Shown: positions 13,509 to 26,354 of the stretch, piece by piece
Numbering within the stretch: the first letter of the stretch is position 1
Layout of the letters: each line of letters opens with the position of its first letter
Assembly: GCA_949358305.1 (NCBI GenBank)
Contig: OX442314.1
Coordinates: 16,368,001 to 16,432,000 of the forward strand
From: Strigamia acuminata
Lineage: Eukaryota
Reading direction: 5' to 3'
DNA: 64,000 nucleotides
Notes under the pieces: model-generated
Seen by the model: the letters and a program-made list of their open reading frames with translations, nothing else
The model's database searches: none
What the model was told of the DNA's origin: nothing
Made by a program: the position numbers and the translations under genes

Positions 13509-16500
13509 AAGCCAAAACTGATTGCGAATAGTTTGGAGCTTTGATACAATTATTTTGTGTATTTTGCTTTTATTTGTATGGATCTATTTAAACACGTTAA
13601 TTCTAGTGTACAAATAAAAATGCATGCTCTTGTAGTCATCTAAAAATTCTAATATAAAAAAAATTGGATTCAATAATTTTTAAGTTCAAAATATTTTAAT
13701 TCGATATATGGACATACTAAAATTTAATCGATCATGATTTGTGGTAAGTTTTTTTTTTTTTTTTGTTGTTACAATTTTAAATTCAGCTTTAAACTATTTT
13801 ATAGCATATAATATTCAGGATGATAATGAATGAATAGAGCTTCCACGCACATACGCATTAAAAATAATATTACACTTGAGCCTGAAAGATAAAATTGTTT
13901 TCTTTTAGTTAATAAATTTCGGATGAACGTACTCGTTTACCAAGTGCGATTATACACACAGTGTGCGAAAAATACTTGGAATAACCACTTTCGTAACCAG
14001 ATACAAACCCCATTGCTGCGAAGATAAAGCCTGCGGTATGACTTATCTGAAAGCACAAAAATGTATAAATTGACTTTTTATTTTGTTTCTTGAGTTTACC
14101 AAAACGATGTACAGCCATTGGCTGGAGGAATGCGACACATCACCTGTGTACGCATCGTATACAATGTTGTCATTAATGAGTATTATAGTACAAAATATTT
14201 GTAAACTTATTGACAAGGTCATGAATAGGTCGGTGACTCGTATTCGCTTGCAAAAAAATAGTATCCTCATACCATAGTTTCAGAATCGCATATGTCAATA
14301 ATGACGTAGTCATTTCTTTATTCGGGCTCTTGATACAGCCCACGAAGCAATCACAGCTTTTACTTTTTTAGTGTCATTATTTGTGGATAGATTTTTTGCG
14401 TTATAATATTCAGAAAAACATGTCAGGAAACAATGCCATCTCACAAAATTAACAAAAATGGGCGTGTGGTGTCATCACAGATTATTGGCGAAAGTGTTCG
14501 GCATAATTGTTTAATATCTTCGCTTTGTTTTGTAATCACATTAGACTACGGTTTGTTTACATCCTACTTATCACGACCCAGAGTTTGGGTACTTATGGGG
14601 GTACCTTTTCCCTATCAATTCAGATTTTCAAAAAATTTATCTTTTACTAAAACTTTCAGTATTTTTTCTCTATACTGATTTTTTTTTACTTGCACTGGGA
14701 CACATTTGTCTGGGTTGGCTTTCCTCCCATGCTCCAAATATGCTCTTGCTCTTGCCTCGGTTCTTTCACAAGGATTTCTGTTTTTACAGGGGGCTAGACA
14801 TTTTCGACCTTTGTCTGTTCGAAGGAGACGATATCGCGTGCTTCACTAGAAAACAGCAATTTTTATTGGAAATAGAAAAAACCCGGAAATATGTGAACCT
14901 TTTGTTCCCATTACCACCAGATGTAAATAACCTAAACCATAAAAATATGAAAAATTCGATAATTAATATTGGATAAGGCGGTTACACTTTCGAGTTGCTA
15001 AGCAACCCATTACATTCCTATAAAATTAATTACTCTGTCTAAATTAAAATTAAGTACAAAACACGTAAAGCGATGCATTTAAATTTATCAACACTTAAAT
15101 TACACTAATAAAACTCAAGTATACATAATTTTAGCCATAAAAGTGAATTTATTTCTCTCTATTAATAATTAAAATCAATGAAAATATCAAACACTGTCTC
15201 TCAAAGAAGATAAAAAGCTCTTACACTAATTATAATAATTTATTGATCTTTATTCAATACGGAATAAAAAATCTTTAAGAGAGAATAACTGGGGCAAAGA
15301 GCAGAGCAATCAGCAGAGAGTACGCACAACTATTATGCCAGTACTAATGCCCATGCAGAATCACAATCGCATCAGTTTGATTGGCTTATATTCGTGACTC
15401 GTTGCAACCAATCGATAGCAGACTACATACGGCAAGAGTAAAGGGAAGGAAGCGGATTGTATAAACGAGCTTTAAATTTAGTATAGAATCAATAAGGTTC
15501 CGTTGCTTACAACAAAATGAATTGTTTGACTGCATGGAGTTAGTTACCTACACCATGATAACATTATATATAGTTACAATGCAGTCTTAACAGCTGACAG
15601 CGAGTCAAAATCCATCCAAGACATTGAAACATCCCAAGGTAAGAAAACTTAAAAGGAAAAGTGTGTTCATTTTGTTAATAATCTTGCGTTCGATTAATCT
15701 CGATTTTATTGATTTTATATTGAATACTCACATATTTTTTACAAAGAAATTACTTTGCTTTTGATATTTTTCTTAAGTCAGCATAAAATTTTTTAATCGA
15801 ATAAAAACGAAGCAATACAATTGTTAATGAAGTTCAAAGATTCCCACTCTCACAATTGCATCATTGTAGTCTTCTGACATAGATAGGGTTGGATTAAAGC
15901 GCTTATCTGGTAAAAATGCATTTTGTACGTGTATCGAATACCATGATAGCCCCTTTGTTTAGGGGGCATTTGCCCTTTGCCTTCCCTTAATCCGGCCTTG
16001 GGAATACATGTACAATCCTGCTCACATAAATTGTTCATGCAAACGTGTGACACGTTGTATAATTTCCCTTTGACCCAATTATTAATTATAATCTAAATGT
16101 CACTTGTTGTTTTTAATTTGCTTTCTGTTTCCATGGAGAAATTGAGTACAGTGCCTGTCTGCCTAATGAGCCTTCCAGCTTTTATGAGCTAAAGTATCTT
16201 TGCTCACGCAAAGTGATGTTGGCCTTTAAACTGCAGACAACTAGATAGACATAAGAAACATTTCCATAAAAAACTCTTGTCAGAAATCGCTAAGCACCAA
16301 ATCAAATACTGTAGCACTTACCACAAATTGGCACAATATTACTGTATGGTATTTAACAGCAACAAATAATTTTTACTGTGAATTTGTGTTTATTTTAAGT
16401 AATATATGTATATGAAAGCATTTTTAATTTTTAATTTTATCCAAACAGACTAGATTGGATGGAATCATGGCAATGGCGGGATCCAATCCAACTGTACTAC

Positions 16501-17634
16501 TTAGGAAGAGCGCATTTATTTGGAGGACAACAACCAAACAGATATCGGTCAGTTTAAAAATATAATGTCTATAAAAAAATTTAAAAATTAAATGGTTATT
16601 AATTGTTGATGACCAACCTGTTAACAAAAAACTTTGAAAGGCTAACTTAGCCAATCGATATTTTTTTCCAGTTGTTGTTGCCATAGTTTCAAAGCAAAGA
16701 AAGAACTTTTTAAAATACAATTGTGTATACCGAACCTTGATTAAACATACCATAAAAATACCGGTACAAGTATTTATTTTCTTGCTTCGTAAATTGCTTC
16801 ATAAAGTCCGAAAAATTGTTTAGTAAAGTTAATTAATTCCATTAACTGAAGTAGCTTTTCAGCTTTTCATATTTTATTTAAATGACACGCCAAGTTGGCA
16901 TTTAACGAGGAAGTAATGCCAAAAATTCATTCGTTAAAGGTCAGATCAAATATACATCAATAAAGATTGATACAGTAAAAAAAAATTGCCAGAAATTTAG
17001 CGTTTACATATAAAATTAGAGTCGGTTCATTGAAACTGACATTTCAGTTTCGTTTAGAGTAATAATTAACTCTTCGAAAGGGTCTTTCAGGGTTATTGCT
17101 CCAAAAAAAAACATGCACAACGTATGAAATCAATTAAATGATTGGGACCGAGCAATAAATAGATGGCGCTAAATGTTTGTTCTTGAAAGTGAAGTAGTTG
17201 CTGTGACAACAAACGCCTAATAACAACAAACGAACAACTCACTTTAGAAATAGTAATCGAATGGTTTTTGATTGACTCAACTTGGTTATAAACGATAAAT
17301 TGAGGATCAAATTGGCAACATGTTATGACTTTTATCGAAAAAGGAATTTTACATAACATTATTTTGAATAGGAGGTACGTAAGAAAGCATGCGTGTACGT
17401 ACATGTTGTAAACGGTCGTAAACCTAAGCCGAATGTAGTTATTCAAGCCCCGTTAACGATTGAGTTAAATAGTTTATGAATAAACGAAAAATTTGCATAT
17501 AACAAAAAGTCGATTGGTATTTTCAGAGATTTTTTCTTTGGAACTTTTGTTTGCAGATAAATATTGTTAAAAAATGGTTAAAGAAAATCTGGAGGATGTA
17601 ACATTATTTTGTTGTTTGTAAATTAAAATTATAA

Positions 17635-19330
<1,696 letters not shown>

Positions 19331-20164
19331 AAAAAGAATGATTTTCAAAGTTAATTACAATTATTTGTAATGTTTCAGTCTCGAGTTTAGCAGTTAATGT
19401 CATAACAGTTATTTGTTTGGAATTGTTTTTAATATTAAAGACCAAAATTAAAAAGTGTTTTTCTTGTTAAATTTGTATTTTTTTTTATTTTGTTTCAGTT
19501 TATTATAAACTCGAGTGTTTGTTTATTTTAATTAGTAAAGATTGTTTATCACAAACCAAAAAAGTTTTTATCGCTTTCAACTTTCTACATTTTAAGCTAA
19601 ATTTAAACAAACTGCATGAATGAAGTTATAGACATAAACTTTAACTTAAAATGTACAAAAATATACTTATAAATTCTTCCATGTAATGTGAAATAGATTG
19701 TTGATATAAACGTTACTATTAAAATATTTAGTCAAGCAAAATTTATTCTTTATTCTTGAAACTTACTTAAAGCTGTGAACTGGCAAATAGGTAGCGAGAC
19801 AATCCGCAATTGACGTCATTTCTCTATTCCTTTGAGGTTGTTGATTGTTTTTGTGATAAACGAATAGCCCTACACAGTAACGATTTTACAGCGAGGTTCT
19901 TATATTACGAAATCAAATACGCTTGCAGTTCAAATCTTTCAGCATTAATTCTTTATTTTTTATTTGTCGCACTACATCTGATACTGATAAATTGATATTA
20001 ATGAGAATTTATACGGTAATGATAGATATGATAATTAAAATTCTAAAGAACGATAACACTCACTATTATACGAATTAATATTATTTGTGCTATATCGATT
20101 GAAAAAAGTACGTGATTAAAATTAGTTGCGTTACATTAAAAATAAGTGAACAGAAAATTATTAT

Positions 20165-23100
20165 CTAATTAGATTTTGAACAAAGACGCAATAATTTTGT
20201 AATTGTAACATCAATTACACTGTAAAATGACATAATAGATACACCCATAGTGAGACCAAGTGCTGATCCAATGTCAGACAAAAAAGCCTCCAACGTGTAA
20301 GACCATTTTTCAATAAACTGTTGAATGAGGTTATGCTTGAATACAAATACGAAAGAATTGAATCCTGTTTTGTAGGGCTGAAAGTAAATTTGAATATTGA
20401 AAACAGTCTCTTCGCATTTTTTGAAACAATTGCAATGCTTCATAAAGTTGGGATCCATTTTCGAGGTAATAAGTGAATACATTTCATAAACTTTTAAAAG
20501 ATCATACGAATAGCTGCACGTTGGTAGAGAAATGTTGATCATAAACGGCAATCTAATAAATAAATAATCAATTACGATAACTAATCAAATGACCATCTTG
20601 TCAACTTACTTGCAACTCAGATGCTTTAGCCACATGGATTCAATACATCGATCCAAACACAGATCGTAGACATTTGAACTCGTACATGGGTGTTTTGGAT
20701 GATTTAATCGTTGAATCTTTAACAAATCATCAAAATTATTGGAAACTAAATCAAGAAAAATCACTGGGTGCATATACTTTTGTGACATCATATATAATTA
20801 AAGTACGAGAAAATAACGGAATTTCGTAATGCGAAGAAACTTGTAGATATTGATTCGCATTAACTGAGAAAAGCTAAACAAGCAACAATAACAATTTTAT
20901 TTAGAAATAAAATGTTCATATTTACCTGGAAATTGTCTTTACATTCATTTAAAAGTCCGCTAGTAAATGTAGTAAACATATTTGTTCCACTATAAATGTG
21001 CGATTCTGCAAATTACCATATTTAAAGCCTACAGTTGAGTACGGTATACAACATGCAATAGATATTTACCTATTTGTACTTCTGTACACAGACCTAAATG
21101 TGTCTTGATAGACTTCAATGTTGCATTTGGAGAATTTCCATGCGTTCTATACTGAATAAATAGGTTTAAGAAATTATATTATTTACATTATAAAAATGTC
21201 AGTGCTGCATGTAATAAGGTATTGCTCGTGTTAATATCCCTTTCTCCTACGCAAGATCAATAAAAACGACGCGTTTGTAAAATTTTCAACTCAAGGGATA
21301 TTGCCACTACAAACACCAAATAAAATGGTTTGTTAATTCTTACCTTAAAAGGATCTACTTTTTTCGGAATTCTCCACATCTTATCAAACTTATACTTGGT
21401 AATGTTGTCAGGCCATTTTAAGTAGTCTTCAAATTTTACGTCACATGCTTGTTTACCAATTTTTTCGGCAACCTTATTGCGGATTGGAACCAAGTCTTTG
21501 GAGCATAAAATTAGACGGGGATAAAAGACGGTTTTGTTTTCAGTCATTGTAATAATATTGGCAACAGGATACGATTTATAACGTTTCACCAGTGTGTAAA
21601 TGTGATACGATGATACAGTAATGCATATTATAGTAACCATAACCGACAGTATATTTGAAATGGAAAGTGTATATTTTTTTATACTATTACTCTGGCTTTG
21701 AAATTTCTCTTCTAAAACGAAAAGAGTTTTGACTTTGATGTACAAAAACTTAAACTTTCTATATCTCGTTCCGTCGTGATTACTCGTGAATATCAACGCA
21801 AACAGTTGAAACAACGACAACGCGCAAAGATTTAAAAATAAAACGAGATTTCCACCAATTGAACATAATAAATCAATCACGTAAAATGTATATCGCTGTG
21901 TAATGTAGACAGCACTGCTTTCAGTCAGTCGGAGATCAATGGATGTATTTCGTTCTGTGATTTGATGTAGGCTTGGTTTATACTGGAATACAAGCCGTTC
22001 ACAACTTTTCAGACAATTACATTCGTCCTGCGGATTTAACCCAAAAAATGTGTTTACGGCACGTTCATACATTTGTCCATTTGCCTCAGCTGCCTGGCAG
22101 AGAGGCATGTGCAATTCCTTCGGAAAAAACGGATAACTAGAACGAACAAATAGGGGAAAAATATTATTTAAGAATTTTTCCTTAACTCTATAACAATTAA
22201 GGTGGGCACCATATTTTTCAATTGTAACCAGAAGCGTGGTAAACGAGAATTTACTGACTTTTTCTTTACCAAAAAATAACCTGAATTTTACAAATCTTCA
22301 AATATCTCCAGTCACTTTTTTCCCACTTGAGCCGGAAATGCCTTTCTGGCTTTACACGGCCGGCCACGTGTTCGTTTCTCACTTACGGAGAGGTTTTGGC
22401 CTCAGCTGGAAATGTTCTACCACACCTAGAACACATTGAAATAATATGTGATGGATTCATGATGCATAATAAATTCAAAGATCTATCATTTTTAAAATTC
22501 GAAATCTTTTCATGCAACTGTTGCTCAAACTTTATTATTGTATCAACACATTGTTTGCCCAGGAATATGCAGAGGCGGGTTTAGTAACTGTCAAAATTTC
22601 CTCAGCAAATATCATAAACTGCAACTTTAACTTTGAAACTCAAATGAACTTTGATTTTTTTGTGTTATTCCTACTTGCAATTTTTCAAACAAGAAGATGG
22701 CACTAAAACATTATAACTAAATACAGTAGGTAAAGTAATTTTTTTGGGGAGGGGAATTGGGAATTGGATGGGAATTTGGTGTTTAAAAAATAATTATGAT
22801 GTGGGAAAACCAGCGTGTGTAAAATTCAGATTTCTTTTGAGTGTAAAATCAGAAAAAAGGAAGAGATAAATAGAAAGCACCCAAATGCATGCAGGGGCAG
22901 TATTTTGTGGGGCAGAATTTTAGAGGGGCTGAACACTCAAACGGCATTTATTTATTTATTTTTAAGTTCTTAAAAGATGCCCCCTTCAATTTGGCAGCCC
23001 TGAATCACGTTGCAAAACTCAGCTTTACCGGTAGGCATACAAAAATGATCCCCTGCTTTCGAATCCAAAGTCAAAATTTAACACGAAGTCCTGGAAGGTA

Positions 23101-25390
23101 AAGCATACTTTGACAACAGCAGAATTAATGACATAAAAGCAGAGAAATTCACCACTTATGACAATTGGTAACAGGGTCATCCACCTTAGTCTTAAAAGCT
23201 TAATTCATCATTGACTCCTACCTACAGTTGTGTTCTTGCTTCAGTTTTTCGGTTAAGCATCTATTAGCACACAATCCGTATTGATGATCATCGACACACC
23301 GCTCCCTAGAATTGTTGAGCGTTTTGTACTACAAATGAATTACGATATTAACGGCTTCTTAACGTTAACTGAGCAATGATCGTATATACCTCTGTTATTT
23401 GAATTGGTACACTAACGAGCGAACCGACAGGAAGTGTCCATGTGTTTTTGTTGTTCCATAATTGTCTTGCACCCTTAAAGGTCCCCTAATTGAGAGTTTG
23501 TAGAAAGTTTTCTATCTATTTCTACTTTTCTCTTTCAGAATGTTCAAATAAGTTAGTGTGATTACGAGCTACCTACTAAAGAAATCGAGATAACGATTGG
23601 CTCAATTTCAAACGAAAATAGGTTTCGGCAACATCTGACTAGCCATTAATTAAATGGGCGGCATTCGAACAGCGTTAATTTCACAGGTGGACAATTAACG
23701 GGGTGACATCAATCAGAGCAACAGTATCCAGCTGGCTAACCAGCTTATCAGCAGCGCCCTGTCCGATTTTTTTTTGCGTTCCGTTTTGTTCATCGTTGTT
23801 TTGAATGCTCGATCGTGCTTTAGCCAGGCCTGCAGCTTACATAATCCGAGTTCTTTCAACCTCAACCTCCACCCATTCAATTGTCGTCCCTTATAATTAG
23901 CACCTGTACATTCTACCACTTTTACATAGTTCCGTTCGTTTTCTAAAATCTGTTAAACCTGTAGATTTCGTGGAAAGCAGAGCCGTCTTAACACTCTTCA
24001 GCGCCCTGGGTTTAAAAAAATCAGGCGCTCCTTGCCCCTTGTCGTAATTAAATAAAAAATCATTTGTGTAGTGTAGTGTAGTGCACTCGTATTTTTGGGG
24101 CATTCTGGCGCCCTACTTCCACCCTCCTCCAAAAGAAGTACCGGTAAGCATTTTTGTGAAAAATAAATTCAAACCAAAAGAATGTTTGAACCTAAAATGC
24201 ATTTTTGGACCTAAAGATGCATCTTTAGAAAAAAAATGCCACCCGGGGTTTTACACACTATCAACAATGTGTAGGAACAGGCCTACAAGTTCAGCTTATA
24301 TTTGAACAATCATGAAGAATCTTTGTAGGAGGTGCCTGGCAGCCTTCTCTGCCTGGCGTTCCTCTCTGCCCAGCACCCCTGGGCTGCAGCCCAGTTAGCC
24401 CAATGGTGAAGGTGGGCCTGGTGGGAAGGCCGTCATATGAGAAATAATAATATTAAAAAAAAAACTTTAAACGTAATTAAATGTTTCTACTTCCAAATAA
24501 AACTAATACTGTGCAGTAAAAAAAATATGAAATAGTGAAGAAATTATGTAAAATGTAATAACATTAAGACACTTGCCATAATTGAGCGAGTTAACGCTAA
24601 TATACCCGTAGCATAAACATCAAGTTTTAATCGGAATGAATTTTTTATGTTCGCAATCTCATCTATAAAAAAAAAATGTCAAAGTAATTTACATATTACA
24701 CACACTTTCTAAGAAGTAAAATTCACCAAGACGAAATGCAGAGCATATACCCATGGGATGATCAACTTTTTTCGTTGGTATAATATTCATGTGTTGTTTG
24801 TTTCTCTAAAAAAATCATGATTATTATATCTGGAGCTTAACAGATTCATTGAACTGATTAAAGTCAAATTAACTTACTAATACCAACTGAAAACTGGTAT
24901 TCACATTTGAAGCAGAAGTAAAATCAGAATAGTTCCAAAGAATTCTGAGATCATGCTCTCCCTTTTCGATCATTGTTTTCAAAAGATTCAAATACTCATC
25001 CGCGTACATATCCACTTGCTCTAAGCCATTAATCATCTCTGGTGTTAATTGATTACAAATAGTCAATTCAGGCTTAAATTCATTCAAGATTGTCGAGCTT
25101 TCAGAAAAGGCTACATCAACAGCAACCGGCCATGACAGAAAATAAGCAATACGCTGATACGAAAGCAAAAAGCAGCATCCAGCGCTCGCAAAAAATAACA
25201 AAAACCAAAAAAACTTCAAAATGCTTGGTGCGTTATTTTGCGCTATAAGGTCTAGTCCAGGGATAAGATTTTTTTTCGTTTCACTTAACTTGGCATCTTC
25301 GAACAATTCTCGAACTATCCCCCGAATAGCCATATTTCGTCTTCGTTTCAGTTTCTCCCAGGGATTATACATTTCCATTTTGGTCAACAT
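20165..25390 (-). CDS. DEG/ENaC (pickpocket-like) gene encoding two tandem channel subunits in one reading frame
   Basis: Unit 1: TM1 FFWFLLFFASAGCCFLLSYQRIAYFLSWP, MGICSAF, CANRC, CNCLKSC, TM2 LLCSIGGNLVLFL. Unit 2: TM1 ..YHIYTLVKRYKSYP, YPRLILCS, LGLCTEV, CLDRC, CNCFKKC, TM2 FLSDIGSALGLTMGVS. The exons I traced join in frame through GT-AG introns. Confidence 0.85.
23978..24420. mobile_element. Non-autonomous hAT-like element (443 bp) in a DEG/ENaC intron
   Basis: CAG...CTG ends with imperfect TIRs (cagagccgtcttaac / ggtgaaggtgggcctg) and an 8-bp TSD GTGGAAAG / GTGGGAAG with one mismatch. Confidence 0.65.
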
Positions 25391-25809
25391 TATAGTACAC
25401 CGATTTTAGCTCTTGAATGAATCAAGTTTCTGATGACAGTGTCGAATGATTAAAATAATGCGTTATTTTGTAACTTTGTAATCGATAAGCTAGTACATTA
25501 TTTGAAAAGTGGTATCCGCCTTCCCCATTCAGCATTCGACGGCTTTCATTCGCAATGCTTTTCTCGTGCAATTTGTTACGCCCATTGCCATTGCTTTAAA
25601 AAATAACAAATACAATTTTAAAATTTAATCAACAACACAAAGAATTGCAATAAAAATATTCAAAGTACTGGATTTAAAAACTAATTAAAAATTCATCATT
25701 TTTTTAAAAAAAAAACTTTGCTTAGAATATTCTTTTGAAAAAGTTTTCTAATCAATTTGAATTTTATCTTTGTTTAACTACAAATTCAAAAGCATTAAAT
25801 CCAAAATCA

Positions 25810-25870
25810 AAACAGTCTATTCGCATTTTTAAAAACAATTGCAATGCTTCAAAAAGTTGTGATCCAGCTT
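25810..25870 (-). pseudogene. Left part of a DEG/ENaC pseudogene fragment interrupted by the Polinton
   Basis: aaacagtctattcgcatttttaaaaacaattgcaatgcttcaaaaagttgtgatcca aligns by eye to 20401-20457 (the KHCNCFKKC exon). Confidence 0.8.
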
Positions 25871-26255
25871 AGTAGTGGGTTTGTGGGGATCCTGGGCCAG
25901 TGGTTGGTGGTGAGGGGGGGTGGGGGTGGTGAGGGTTAAGTGGGGGGAGAGATAAGGGGAGGGGGAGATAAGTGGAGGGGGAGATAACGGGAGGGGGAGA
26001 TAAGGAGAGGGGGAGATAAGGGGAGAGCTAAGTGGGGGTGACTAATTGCTTCAATCAATCAGTCTTATCATTCAATCAATGTACCCTAGGCTATTATTTG
26101 TTATTGTTTTTCTTTACTTAAGTACCTTGTTGTTGTTTTTCCCAAATTTTCAAAGGACCCTTGTTTTTCTTTACTTAAGCACCTTGTTGTTGTTTTTCCC
26201 AAATTTTCAAAGGACCCTAGGCCACTTTTAATCAAAGGAGGGATATTATTGGGTA
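25871..26255 (+). repeat. Left terminal inverted repeat of the Polinton
   Basis: Reverse complement of 40923-41308. By eye it is identical over the outer ~286 bp, with a few mismatches internally. It contains a G-rich GGGGGAGATAA array and a 57-bp direct duplication (26104-26217). Confidence 0.97.
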
Positions 26256-26354
26256 GTTATCTTAACCAATGGGAAACTAGTAATGGGTATATATACTTGC
26301 AATTCCCTACTCTCTTCTCTTCACTTCTTGCAAGTGCTAGGTTTTGTTTGCATC

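Noticed and set aside
22890..23040. GC-richer patch resembling a hAT MITE remnant
   Set aside because: I could not define matching TIRs or a TSD.
23219..23330. Possible transposase remnant in the DEG/ENaC intron region
   Set aside because: It is a genuine cysteine-rich DEG/ENaC exon (RCVDDHQYGLCANRC) with proper splice sites, homologous to the exon at ~45607.
25941..26217. Regularly spaced repeats as a CRISPR array
   Set aside because: There are no unique spacers or cas genes and the context is eukaryotic; the repeats are part of the Polinton TIRs.
26046..26231. ORF MLQSISLIIQ... and its mirror at 40906-41133
   Set aside because: Both are translations of the TIR and its 57-bp duplication, with non-ATG starts.
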